Positions 10,551 to 19,515 are shown, counted from the stretch's first letter. The stretch is DNA of 64,000 nucleotides from Pirellulales bacterium (GCA_035939775.1 DASZFO010000312.1:10844-74843), one strand, 5' to 3'. Numbers and translations are program-made. Notes: generated by a model not told the origin, from the sequence alone.

Positions 10551-10570
10551 AGATCAGAGAGAAAAGATCG

Positions 10571-10667
10571 GAAAAAGGAGATAAGTCCAACTAAGTCGGC
10601 GAATGAAGGGGCGCCGAATTCGCCGGCAGCGTTGCCGTCGACTTAATTGGACTTATCCCCTTTTTCG
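10571..10667. repeat. Inverted repeat pair spanning the pilN stop
   Basis: GAAAAAGGAGATAAGTCCAA (10571-10590) vs TTGGACTTATCCCCTTTTTC (~10647-10666): 19/20 complementary. Confidence 0.55.
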
Positions 10668-11364
10668 ACACCGGTTCCGGACCGCCGGGTTGACCGTAGC
10701 CGGGGCGCACGCCGAGCTGCGCCGAGAATCGCCAAGTTCTTTGTCGCTCTTCTTGATTCGCTTCCAGCGAAGTCAGCTCGACTTTTGCGAACAGCTTCGC
10801 TTCGCCGAGCGTTACGAGATAGCGCTGCAACGCCGCGGTGTCGCTCGTGATGCCGGACAGCACGAGAATCGTTTCGCGCGAGATGGTTTCGTCGCGGAGC
10901 TGCCGCAGATCGCGCTCGGCCGGTTCGAGCTTCTTGGCTTCCGCGTCGTCCTGCTTCTTGCCTCCCAAGCGCGCCGCGGGCGAATCGCTCGTGGAATTCG
11001 AACGGCGCAAAATGTGGATTTCACGGAGCGTCACGCAATCGGGCAGGCGAGAAAGGGCGGCAGTCAGTAGCTGGGTCCGGGGCCATGGATGCCGCAGATA
11101 AGTGAATAGCTCGGCTTGTTTGGTCGCGGATTTCAATTCCGACTGCATCGCCGCCATCTTGAGTGAAAGCGCCTCGGCTTGCTCATATTCGGGTTTCAAT
11201 TCGTCGAGTTGCCGGGCCGTTTGCCGATACAGAACCTGCTGATAAAGGAAGCTGCAAACGAGCGCCGCGGCGAATCCGCCGCCGATCAGAAGCCGCCAGA
11301 CGTTCGCCTTGCGATGGACCGTCTGCTCGCGATAGGAATTCGGAAGGAAGTCGATGTCTGGCAT
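10591..11364 (-). CDS. pilN: PilN-domain protein
   Basis: MPDIDFLP start motif (INLLP-like PilM-binding peptide), TM, coiled coil, LPDCVTL, LFAKVEL. Confidence 0.75.
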   Translation of the reverse strand: MPDIDFLPNSYREQTVHRKANVWRLLIGGGFAAALVCSFLYQQVLYRQTARQLDELKPEYEQAEALSLKMAAMQSELKSATKQAELFTYLRHPWPRTQLLTAALSRLPDCVTLREIHILRRSNSTSDSPAARLGGKKQDDAEAKKLEPAERDLRQLRDETISRETILVLSGITSDTAALQRYLVTLGEAKLFAKVELTSLEANQEERQRTWRFSAQLGVRPGYGQPGGPEPVSKKGISPIKSTATLPANSAPLHSPT

Positions 11365-11384
11365 GGCTCGCGCTTTTTCTCCTC

Positions 11385-12446
11385 TTAGTCCTCGGCGATG
11401 TCGCGCAGCGCCAGCCCGGTGGCGACGTCCCATTGGCCTTTGCGGCCGGTTTGGAGCGCGATCTCATAGCTTCGCAGCGGATCGCCAAGTTCGCACTTCA
11501 AGTCCATGCGAGCGGAGATCAGGTCCACCAGAGTCGGCGTCGCTTCTCCGCCGCTGATCACGATCCGCGATAGAGGCTGTCCTCGGAATGTGACGCTGTG
11601 GTAGCGGGCGCAGAGCGACAATTCGCTGGACAGCCGTTCGACGACGGGGCGAGTGGCTTCGGCGACGCTGCGCGCGATCTCCGGGTCTTGCTGATCCACG
11701 CGCCGATCGCCGTTGTGGCGCCGTAGCGCGGCAGCCTCGGAGAGCGGCATGTCCAGATGCCGCGAGACTGCCTCATCCAAATGACGTCCGCCGACATCGA
11801 CATACTTGATGAACAGCACGTCGGTGCCTTTTGCGATCACTACGACCGTGTTTGCCGCGCCCAGGTGCGCCAACAGCACGCGTTGCTGTTGATCCTCGTC
11901 GCGTCGATATTGTTTCGCATAGCAACGAAGCAAGGCCGCCGGCTCGACATCGACGGCTGCCACGCGCAGTCCGGCCTCTTCGACGGCCGCGAGCGCATCG
12001 CCCAGCCTCGCGCGGTGACAGGCGAGCAGGATCACCTCGCGCTTGCTCACCTCTCCCTGGCGAACGTCGGCGGCCTCGATAAAACGCACCTCCGCATCGT
12101 CGATGGCAAACGGCACGCGCCCAGCCGCCTCGTGGCGGACGATCTTTTCCATTTCATCGGCGGGCACTTTCGCCACCCGCACGTTTTGCACGAACAATTC
12201 CGGCGCCCCGAGACCGATGACCACGTCACGGCCGCGAAAATGTCTCCCTTCGCGAGCCTGTCGAATCGCCGCGACGACCTGCCGCCAGCGGACCGCCGGC
12301 GTCACCTCTTCAGCCGCCGGCAAATCCCAGCGCACGGCATCCACCACGCGGCTCCGATCCGTACTGAACTGGATCAACTTCACGCAATGGCTGCCGATAT
12401 CGAGACCGATCGGCCCAGGGCGGCGTGATTTCAGGCGGCGGATCAT
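11385..12446 (-). CDS. pilM: PilM actin-like pilus assembly protein
   Basis: IGLDIGSHCVKL, AVDVEPAAL, HLGAANT, VGGRHLD, ISGGEA, VATGLALR; start refined to ATG 12446. Confidence 0.88.
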   Translation of the reverse strand: MIRRLKSRRPGPIGLDIGSHCVKLIQFSTDRSRVVDAVRWDLPAAEEVTPAVRWRQVVAAIRQAREGRHFRGRDVVIGLGAPELFVQNVRVAKVPADEMEKIVRHEAAGRVPFAIDDAEVRFIEAADVRQGEVSKREVILLACHRARLGDALAAVEEAGLRVAAVDVEPAALLRCYAKQYRRDEDQQQRVLLAHLGAANTVVVIAKGTDVLFIKYVDVGGRHLDEAVSRHLDMPLSEAAALRRHNGDRRVDQQDPEIARSVAEATRPVVERLSSELSLCARYHSVTFRGQPLSRIVISGGEATPTLVDLISARMDLKCELGDPLRSYEIALQTGRKGQWDVATGLALRDIAED

Positions 12447-12524
12447 GCCAACGAATCCGTGGTTCCGCGTGTTCGGAGAGAATTGCATAACAAGTGCCGT
12501 CGCGGGCGGATTCATGACGAACTC

Positions 12525-14546
12525 TCACAATCCGATGGAGTGCAAGACACTGGTTATGACCTTGCCGAGTCCATTGCTGCCGGATTTTGAGTTCGTGCTT
12601 CCGGTACTGGTGCTGGTGCTCGAAGTGCCGCCTACCGGCGCAGTGGCGGTGCCAGTCGAGGTGCTGTTGACGGTGGCCTGAGTGGTCGCGGTCGTTCCGG
12701 AGGTTGTACCGGAGCTACCAGTGCTCGAAGTCCCACTAACCGGCGCGGTTGCGGTTTCAGTCGAGGTGCTGTTGACAGTGGTCTTAGTGGGCCCGGTCGT
12801 TCCGGAGGTTGTACTGGGGCTACCAGTGCTCGAAGTCCCACTAACCGGCGCGGTTGCGGTTTCAGTCGAGGTGCTGTTGGCAGTGGGTTGAGTGGTCGCC
12901 GTGGTTCCCGAGCTTATGCTCGTCGTGCCAGCGCTCGAGGTCCCGCTAACCGGCGCGGTGGCGGTTCCAGTCGAGGTGCTGTTGACTGCGGTTTGAGTGG
13001 TCGCCGTGGTTCCCGAGTTCGTGCTAGTGCTGCCGGTACTCAAAGTCCCGCTGACTGTCGCGGCAGCCGTTCCGGTCAAGTCGGCGCTGGCACTGACTTG
13101 AGCGGTCAGCGCGGTCCCGGAGGTTGTGGTGGTGTTGCCACTGCTCGAAGTCCCACTGACCGGCGCGGTGGCGATTGCCGTCGTTCCGGAGCCGGTGCTG
13201 ATGCTGCCAGTGCTCGAAGTCTCGCTGACCGGCACGGTGGCGGTTCCAGTCGAGGCGGTGTTGGTGGCAGTGGCTTGGGTGGTGGTCGGCGTGGTTCCGG
13301 AGCTGGTGCTGATGCTGCCGGTGCTCGAAGTCCCGCTCGTTTGCGAATTGACCGTTGCGGACAGGCCCACGCCGGCCGTGATTTGATTGGCTTGCGCGTT
13401 GGCCGCGGCGCCGTTAGCGCTGCCGCCGCTTCCGTTTGATGTTCCGCTGGTACTCGACGTCGAGTTTCCTGACAATCCCACGTCGGCGGAGATTTGAGCG
13501 GTTAGCCCGCCGCTTGAGTTCCCATTTGAACCGCCGCTCGTTGAATTCCCATCGACCTTCGCATCGGCGGAGACCGTCAAGCCGATTTCGAGGCCATCTT
13601 CAGCCGATGCCGTACTTCCCGAGCTTCCGTTGGCGATGCCGTTGCTCGAAGTTCCATCGACCGGCGCAATGGCGGCTCCCAACAAATCGGCACTGGTGCT
13701 GGTTTGAGCGGCCACTTTGTTCCCGGCACTTTGGCTGCCATCATCGTTGCTCGAAGTGCCACTGACGAGTGCCTTGACCGTTCCGGACAAGGCTTCGCCG
13801 ATGTTGGTTTGCGCGGTAATCGTGCTAGTCGAGTTGCCGCCGAGCGACGAACCGATGTCGCTGGGCGAAGAGCCGCCGACCAGCGCCGATCCGAGACTCG
13901 AGTTGACGCCCGTGCTCGAAACGCTGTTCGTGCTAGTCGTCGCGGCACTTCCAGTCGACGTGGGCGCCGACGCGATCGGCGGCGCGGCGCCTTGAAAACT
14001 GCCGATACTCGCGATACCCGTGACCGGATTGACAGAGATGGAGATATACCGCTCCGCGTTTCCTTCGGCAGCCGCCAACCAGATCACGGCCGGCTGCGTT
14101 TGGGTTGTCGCCCCGACCGGCCCGAATTCGACCGACGTGGTTTCGACCGGCTGAGGCGCGAGCGTCTGCACGTCGTAAAGTGCGACCGGTATTCCGATGT
14201 GCGGCAGATTCGCCAGCCGGACCACGTATTGGCTGGCCGAATCCTGCGACGATTGAAATGGCGAAGGAGGCAGCGTCGTCAGCGATGCGTTGTTGCCGCT
14301 GTACGATAGCGTGTACCGATTGTTTTGCGGATCGAACTGGAATTGATAGCGGTCGTTGTTCACCATCGCCAGACTGCGGCCGTACGCCAGATCGGCGGCC
14401 ACGATTTGCGCGGCCGAAGTCAATTGGTCGTGCACGCTGGGTGTGGCATTGGGCATCAAGGCCAGCGCCAAGATGCTCATCAGCACCACCACGATCAGGA
14501 CTTCGACGAGTGTGAAACCGGTGGAAGATCGTGGTCGGTGCGGCAT
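12525..14546 (-). CDS. FimT/GspH-like prepilin fused to a long Ser/Thr/Gly-rich repeat tail
   Basis: Class III signal STG|FTLVEVLIVVVLMSIL; ~190-aa pilin-like domain ending near VNPVTGIASIG; ~480-aa low-complexity tail; 673 aa from ATG 14546. Confidence 0.8.
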   Translation of the reverse strand: MPHRPRSSTGFTLVEVLIVVVLMSILALALMPNATPSVHDQLTSAAQIVAADLAYGRSLAMVNNDRYQFQFDPQNNRYTLSYSGNNASLTTLPPSPFQSSQDSASQYVVRLANLPHIGIPVALYDVQTLAPQPVETTSVEFGPVGATTQTQPAVIWLAAAEGNAERYISISVNPVTGIASIGSFQGAAPPIASAPTSTGSAATTSTNSVSSTGVNSSLGSALVGGSSPSDIGSSLGGNSTSTITAQTNIGEALSGTVKALVSGTSSNDDGSQSAGNKVAAQTSTSADLLGAAIAPVDGTSSNGIANGSSGSTASAEDGLEIGLTVSADAKVDGNSTSGGSNGNSSGGLTAQISADVGLSGNSTSSTSGTSNGSGGSANGAAANAQANQITAGVGLSATVNSQTSGTSSTGSISTSSGTTPTTTQATATNTASTGTATVPVSETSSTGSISTGSGTTAIATAPVSGTSSSGNTTTTSGTALTAQVSASADLTGTAAATVSGTLSTGSTSTNSGTTATTQTAVNSTSTGTATAPVSGTSSAGTTSISSGTTATTQPTANSTSTETATAPVSGTSSTGSPSTTSGTTGPTKTTVNSTSTETATAPVSGTSSTGSSGTTSGTTATTQATVNSTSTGTATAPVGGTSSTSTSTGSTNSKSGSNGLGKVITSVLHSIGL
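12616..13330. repeat. 105-bp (35-aa) coding tandem repeat
   Basis: GTGCTCGAAG-like anchors at 12616, 12721, 12826, 12931, 13036, 13141 (exact 105-bp period), then 13210 and 13321 (69 and 111 bp). Confidence 0.9.
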
Positions 14547-14551
14547 GGCGT

Positions 14552-14803
14552 CTATTGCTTCTTGTCCAGCGAGATCAGCACCTTGAGGTTGCCCGAACGC
14601 AATAGCGCGTTCTGGTCCTTCAATTCGGCGACGATCTCTTTGAGTTGGGCGATCATCTCGGCCCGCTGTTCGACCGAATTGGCGAACGGCTGCGAATCCT
14701 CGGGAGGCGCGGCGGTGGTGGGCCGATAGAAACCTAGCATACAAAGTCCCAGGACGTTGATCGCGACGAGGATTCCGAACCGGACTCTTGTGACGGTTTT
14801 CAT
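14552..14803 (-). CDS. Small exported/membrane coiled-coil hypothetical protein
   Basis: 83 aa; hydrophobic N-terminus, PFANSVEQRAEMIAQLKEI; fills the gap between co-oriented operon genes. Confidence 0.65.
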   Translation of the reverse strand: MKTVTRVRFGILVAINVLGLCMLGFYRPTTAAPPEDSQPFANSVEQRAEMIAQLKEIVAELKDQNALLRSGNLKVLISLDKKQ

Positions 14804-14825
14804 GGTTACGACTCCCGAAATCGTG

Positions 14826-16436
14826 TCAGATATTGTCGGTCCACGAGAGCAATTCCCAGCGCAGGCCGCCGTCCCCGCTGGCTGGGACGTAGACCGGCCC
14901 CGAAAGGTCCTGCCATTGGTTGAGCAGTAAAGTCGGGTCTGGCTTTACGGTCAAGAGCGGATTTGAATTCAGGCCGAACGCCGACAGATACGTTGGGAAG
15001 TAGAGGACGCGGGTCGGTAGCAATAGCTGAGCTTGGAACGCCGTATATAGGGTGTTCCACATACTCGCGCTCAGTTGCCATTCACTTCGGCCGTGGATCG
15101 CGATATCGCCGCCGGCAATCAGATGGCCGCTCAGCGCGACGCCATTCGACTGAGAGCCTGAATCGATTGTTGCCGCGCCCCCGGCGATGATGATTCCCGC
15201 AATGCTGGCGCCGACGCCCGACGCGCAATGAAAATTGCCATTGGCGACAATCGCCGGCAGCCGGACGGGCGCCGAACTTCCGGCCAGCGCCGGCAAATTG
15301 AACGGAACGAAGTTGATGCCGGCGCCGCCAATGTTCACGGCGCCGCCGCTGATCAGCGTGCCGCTGATCGTAACGTTGTTGCCGATCGTCACGTCGGAAC
15401 CGCTGAAGAAGATTCCGAGCGGATTGGTCACCGGATCGGGGGCGAAATTCGCGCCGGAAATCGTCGAAGAGACTTGTCCGACGTTGTAAACCGGCCCCCC
15501 CGGATAAATCTGATATGTGGTCAATTGGTTCGGCAGCGGAATTGGAGCACTCGAAGCAATTTGAATGTCGGTCGTCGTCACTCCCAATTGAGACGTCAGC
15601 AGAGCCAGCGTTGCAGCGTCGGTGGCGCTCGTGGGCAAGGAGATGTTGCCGACCAGCGGCCGATTGTCCGGCAGTTGCGCCAACCGCATGGCGTTGAGAT
15701 CGCCCAAATAGCGCTGCTCCGCCGAGGCGCTCCAGAGGTAATCCTGGCCGAGCTGCACGCCCCCCTGCGCCAGAAGCGGTCCTTGCATTTGGCAGGGCGG
15801 ATTCACGATGAGCTTCCCGCTCCCATTTTGATAGACCACGTATTGCAACATCGTATTCCAGTTGGCCGGCTGCGGGCCGAGCTGTTTGGCGACGAGGTGC
15901 ATCACGGCGCGCACGCGATAGCTCGCCTGCTGGCCGGATTGCAGCGCATTGGCCGAGTAACCGGTCGAGACGAGCGTCACGCGGTAGGGTTGATTGGGAT
16001 CATTGGCCGCGAGCGTCGGATCGCCGGCCGTGAAGTTCACCGAGTAGCTGTCCTGATTGCTCAACGGGCCGGCCATCGTAGTATTGACCCCACTCCAGCC
16101 GGTCACGCTCATCTTTTGCATCGCGACTAGCAATCCCGTAACGGCTGCCTGGCGGGCTTGAGTGCGCTGATTGGTGTTAGCCTGAATCTGAATCACGGTG
16201 GCCTGCGAACGCAGCAGCGAATAAGCAGTGGCCAACGCAATCGCAATCACGGCCATCACGACGACGATCGCCATCCCACGGCGATCTCGTTCGCGCCGCC
16301 CGCGCAAGGGGGTGCCACTGCTGGCTTGCCAGCAGTGAAGCTCTGATCTCGGCATGCCTCCGACACTGCTGGACAAGCCAGCAGTGGCACCGAGCGAAGC
16401 GCTTGTCGAGCCCGATGTTTGGCCAATGCTCATCAT
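14826..16436 (-). CDS. PilX/GspK-like minor pilin-associated protein
   Basis: RRG|MAIVVVMAVIAI leader, QARQAAVTGL, VSTG; Gly/Ile-rich beta-helix-like C-terminal part; ATG 16436 overlaps the upstream stop. Confidence 0.7.
   Translation of the reverse strand: MMSIGQTSGSTSASLGATAGLSSSVGGMPRSELHCWQASSGTPLRGRRERDRRGMAIVVVMAVIAIALATAYSLLRSQATVIQIQANTNQRTQARQAAVTGLLVAMQKMSVTGWSGVNTTMAGPLSNQDSYSVNFTAGDPTLAANDPNQPYRVTLVSTGYSANALQSGQQASYRVRAVMHLVAKQLGPQPANWNTMLQYVVYQNGSGKLIVNPPCQMQGPLLAQGGVQLGQDYLWSASAEQRYLGDLNAMRLAQLPDNRPLVGNISLPTSATDAATLALLTSQLGVTTTDIQIASSAPIPLPNQLTTYQIYPGGPVYNVGQVSSTISGANFAPDPVTNPLGIFFSGSDVTIGNNVTISGTLISGGAVNIGGAGINFVPFNLPALAGSSAPVRLPAIVANGNFHCASGVGASIAGIIIAGGAATIDSGSQSNGVALSGHLIAGGDIAIHGRSEWQLSASMWNTLYTAFQAQLLLPTRVLYFPTYLSAFGLNSNPLLTVKPDPTLLLNQWQDLSGPVYVPASGDGGLRWELLSWTDNI
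16311..16391. repeat. REP-like doublet (GGTGCCA family) inside a coding N-terminus
   Basis: GGTGCCACTGCTGGCTTGCCAGCAGTG...CACTGCTGGACAAGCCAGCAGTGGCACC: two internal hairpins in inverted orientation; 81 bp. Confidence 0.75.
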
Positions 16437-17227
16437 GGTATCCCGTAACAGAAAACGGCCGAGCCGAGAAACGGAATCGCCGTTTCGCCGGCCGAATTGC
16501 CGATCACCCAGCTCGCGCCCGGCATCAATTGAATTTCGCCGCGGAGCCAAACTTGCCGCATCCCCTTGCTGGAACCATAGATGCCGACCGGCCAGGGGAG
16601 ATTATTCCACGTGACCGTGCCCGCCGTGTATCTCGACCAATCAGCGGCCGACGGAGTCAATGTGACGACGAATCGCGCCGCCGCCCGCTGCCCAACGCTG
16701 CCGCTCGGCATGAGCGCGACGCGGACAAGATCGGTGAGCACGACTTTATTGGTCGCCGTGCTCGTCTTCAGACCGTCGATCAAACTCTTGAGGGCCACGG
16801 GATCGGTCGCCGGTAACTGACGGGTGTCGCCGGGGGCCGTCATTTGAACGAAGTTATTCAACGCCGCCGAATCGGGGCAGAAGACGGTCAACTCCTGCAC
16901 AAGCGGCGGGCCGGCCGGATTGGCCGGGGCGCCGTTCGGATGCCAAATGACGACCGTGTCGGGAAATGTCGAGCTTCCATCCGTATCCGGGACGACCCAT
17001 ACGCCGGGGTAAATGAGCGTGCCATAGGCCTCGTTCACAGCTCGATCGATGCGGTCGAAACTGGTTCGAGCATGCTCCGTTGCCGTGCCATAACCTTGGC
17101 CGTATTCGTTGGCCAGTTGCACGGAATGCGCCGCCGCGGCTAGCGCTCCCATGACGATCGCCATGATGATCGTGGCGAATGTCAGCTCGATGAGCGTCAA
17201 ACCGGCGCGTTTAGGAATTTGGGACAT
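16433..17227 (-). CDS. Prepilin-type minor pilin (PilW/GspJ-like)
   Basis: KRAG|LTLIELTFATIIMAIVMGAL class III signal. Confidence 0.8.
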   Translation of the reverse strand: MSQIPKRAGLTLIELTFATIIMAIVMGALAAAAHSVQLANEYGQGYGTATEHARTSFDRIDRAVNEAYGTLIYPGVWVVPDTDGSSTFPDTVVIWHPNGAPANPAGPPLVQELTVFCPDSAALNNFVQMTAPGDTRQLPATDPVALKSLIDGLKTSTATNKVVLTDLVRVALMPSGSVGQRAAARFVVTLTPSAADWSRYTAGTVTWNNLPWPVGIYGSSKGMRQVWLRGEIQLMPGASWVIGNSAGETAIPFLGSAVFCYGIP

Positions 17228-17849
17228 ACGCAAATACCCGGCGCAACGTCAAAACCGGCCGCAAGGCGCCCGATTGATCTTGGATCGAAATATGGACCTC
17301 CACCGCCCGATAATTGCTCGTTTGGCCGGCGGTTAACCGGTTCGATAGATTCGCCGAATCGACGTAGTAGACCTCGACGCTCTGTTGCCAATTGGCGAAA
17401 TACGCGGCAGCTTGCAAGCTCGGATCCCGCTGGCCTCCCGCGCCGTCGTCGGTGCCAAGTTGAATCCCCCACGGGTCAAGGGCCGGCATTGAGGAGAGGC
17501 CGTTATAGGCCGCTAAATTCGTAAACTCGCTTCGTCCCGGCCCGGCCGATTCGCCCGTTGTCGGCGCGAGCGGCGAATCGTACGGATTTGTGGCAACCTT
17601 GGCGTATCGCTTGCCCGCCATCTCGTCCATCAACTGCTGCGCCAGACCCAAGGCGACGGTCTGCTCCAGCGCGCTGGTCGTCGATTGCAGCGACGCGCTG
17701 ACGCCGAGCAGGATCGCGGCGCCGGCCATCGCGGTGATCGAGACCGCGACCATCGACTCGACGAACGTAAAGCCGTCCCGGCGGCCGCTAGAGGCCAGTG
17801 GCCAGGGGCCAGAGGCCAGGACTGGGGCAGAAGGAACGTGAGGCGTCAT
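17211..17849 (-). CDS. Prepilin-type minor pilin (PilV/GspI-like)
   Basis: RRDG|FTFVESMVAVSI, ALGLAQQLMDEM. Confidence 0.8.
   Translation of the reverse strand: MTPHVPSAPVLASGPWPLASSGRRDGFTFVESMVAVSITAMAGAAILLGVSASLQSTTSALEQTVALGLAQQLMDEMAGKRYAKVATNPYDSPLAPTTGESAGPGRSEFTNLAAYNGLSSMPALDPWGIQLGTDDGAGGQRDPSLQAAAYFANWQQSVEVYYVDSANLSNRLTAGQTSNYRAVEVHISIQDQSGALRPVLTLRRVFAYVPNS
17793..17820. repeat. Heptamer array GGCCAGN x4 within the prepilin leader
   Basis: ggccagt-ggccagg-ggccaga-ggccagg, encoding LASGPWPLAS. Confidence 0.7.
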
Positions 17850-17885
17850 CGGCGCGCTGCTTCCGAGGGCTTCGGGCGACTCGAA

Positions 17886-17913
17886 AACCTACGTCACTCA
17901 GCGCGACTGTCAA
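17886..17913 (-). promoter_or_regulatory. Candidate sigma70-type promoter of the pilus operon
   Basis: Minus strand TTGACA-N16-TAGGTT, ~35 nt upstream of ATG 17849. Confidence 0.45.
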
Positions 17914-18022
17914 ACGCCGTGCAATCGTCACGAAGCGTGGAATCGCGAGGCAGAGCCTCGCAGTCGGTGAGTTCCCAGGCAGAGCCTGAGAACTAGAACG
18001 AAGCGCCAGTTGGAGATTTCTT

Positions 18023-18046
18023 TCGTACTTGGTACTTCGTACTTGG
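18023..18046. repeat. Heptamer array T(C/G)GTACT x3
   Basis: tcgtact-tggtact-tcgtact directly after the nadC stop. Confidence 0.6.
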
Positions 18047-18047
18047 C

Positions 18048-18971
18048 TTAGAGCCAATCGAGTCCGACGTCGAACCACGCGGCCGAATGTGTCAGCGCGC
18101 CGACGCTGATCCGATCGACGCCTGTGCGTGCGATCTGGCCGACCGTTTCCAACTGAATTCCTCCAGAGGCTTCCAGCTCGACGCGCGGCGCGGCTGCATC
18201 GCGCAAGCGAACGGCGGCGCGAAGATCGTCGAGCGACATATTATCGAGCAGCACGATATCTGGTTCCTCGGAAAGCAACTCGGTTAGTTGATCGAGCGTA
18301 TCCACTTCGACTTCCACAATCATCGGCTCGGGTCGATCGGGAAATGCGGTGGCGAGAAACTGCTTCGCGCGGCGCACCGCCTCAGCGGGCGTGAAGCGCT
18401 CCCCGCCTCGGGCTTCCGCGCCGAACATCAGGTGGTTGTCTTTGATGAGCACCGCCTCGAACAAACCGAGCCGATGATTGCGGCCACCTCCGCAGCGAAC
18501 TGCGTACTTTTCCAACCGTCGCCAGCCGGGCATCGTCTTTCGCGTGTCATAGATCCTTGCTTTCGTTCCGGCAACCGCATCGACGTAACGTCGCGTAAGT
18601 GAAGCGATGCCGGAGAGACGACCGACAATGTTTAGCACCAGCCGTTCGCAGGTCAATAGATTTCGAGCGGGACCGGCGAGCAGGGCCAGCCGGGCGCCGG
18701 CAGAAACCGCGGTTCCATCGGCGCGGTCGTTGGCCAAATCAACCCGCGAGTCGGTTTCCGCCAGCGCCAATCGCGCGGCGGGCAGGCCGGCCACGACGCC
18801 CGTCTGCCGGGCGACCATCGCCGCCCGACCCATCGACTCCGAAGGCACGAGCGCCACGGTGGTCCAATCATGTTGCCGTTCGAGGTCTTCTTGAACGGCC
18901 CATTGGACGAGCCGCCGGCACTCCGCCTCCGCCGCGGCGTCCCATTCGACTTGTTGGAAATCTCTAGCCAT
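18048..18971 (-). CDS. nadC: Nicotinate-nucleotide diphosphorylase (carboxylating)
   Basis: DTRKT, NHRLGLFEAVLIKDNH, EVEVD, LLDNM, EASGGI, ISVGALTHS. Confidence 0.95.
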   Translation of the reverse strand: MARDFQQVEWDAAAEAECRRLVQWAVQEDLERQHDWTTVALVPSESMGRAAMVARQTGVVAGLPAARLALAETDSRVDLANDRADGTAVSAGARLALLAGPARNLLTCERLVLNIVGRLSGIASLTRRYVDAVAGTKARIYDTRKTMPGWRRLEKYAVRCGGGRNHRLGLFEAVLIKDNHLMFGAEARGGERFTPAEAVRRAKQFLATAFPDRPEPMIVEVEVDTLDQLTELLSEEPDIVLLDNMSLDDLRAAVRLRDAAAPRVELEASGGIQLETVGQIARTGVDRISVGALTHSAAWFDVGLDWL

Positions 18972-19028
18972 TGTTCGTTTGCCGGTTTGGTATACTATCT
19001 GGTGCTGATACCCCAGACTGCCGAAAAC

Positions 19029-19463
19029 ATGTCCCAGACGCCCACGAGCGAATCGAATCCGGATCGTCCACCACGCACATTATTGCGGCGGGCGGATCAA
19101 CTGGGAATCGCCGTCTTGACGCTAATCGCCCTCGTTACCATCAGTGGGTACTGGCTCAATCAGGCGGTACTCTCACATCGGGTGATCGACCTCGATAAAG
19201 CCGCGCCGCGCGATCCGATGTTTCGAGTGGACGTGAATTCCGCGGACTGGCCCGAGTTGGCCCAGTTGCCGGAAATCGGCGAAACGCTCGCGCGGCAGAT
19301 CGTCGCCTGGCGCGAAGCACACGGGCCGTTCAAGGATGTGAGCGATTTGCACCGCATCAAGGGGATTGGCCCCAAGAAATTTGAGGCAATTCGGCCCTTC
19401 CTGCGTCCACTCGGACCAACTCCGCCAGCGGCCGATCGCTCGATTGCCGATGAGCGGCGGTGA
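19029..19463 (+). CDS. comEA: ComEA-family helix-hairpin-helix DNA-binding membrane protein
   Basis: TM segment then VDVNSAD...LPEIGETLA...GPF...IKGIGPKKFE; extended -10-like TGGTATACT at ~18988. Confidence 0.75.
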   Translation: MSQTPTSESNPDRPPRTLLRRADQLGIAVLTLIALVTISGYWLNQAVLSHRVIDLDKAAPRDPMFRVDVNSADWPELAQLPEIGETLARQIVAWREAHGPFKDVSDLHRIKGIGPKKFEAIRPFLRPLGPTPPAADRSIADERR

Positions 19464-19515
19464 GTCGCGATTTCGCGCCCGGTAGTCAGGGGCTTGCCCC
19501 ATTCACTATGCTTGA

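Noticed and set aside
12616..13330. Regularly spaced repeats suggesting a CRISPR array
   Set aside because: Whole 105-bp units are similar (no unique spacers), the period is a multiple of 3 inside an ORF, and no cas genes are present
14546..14744. N-terminal extension of the 739-aa ORF
   Set aside because: Overlaps the 83-aa gene; the prepilin signal starts at ATG 14546
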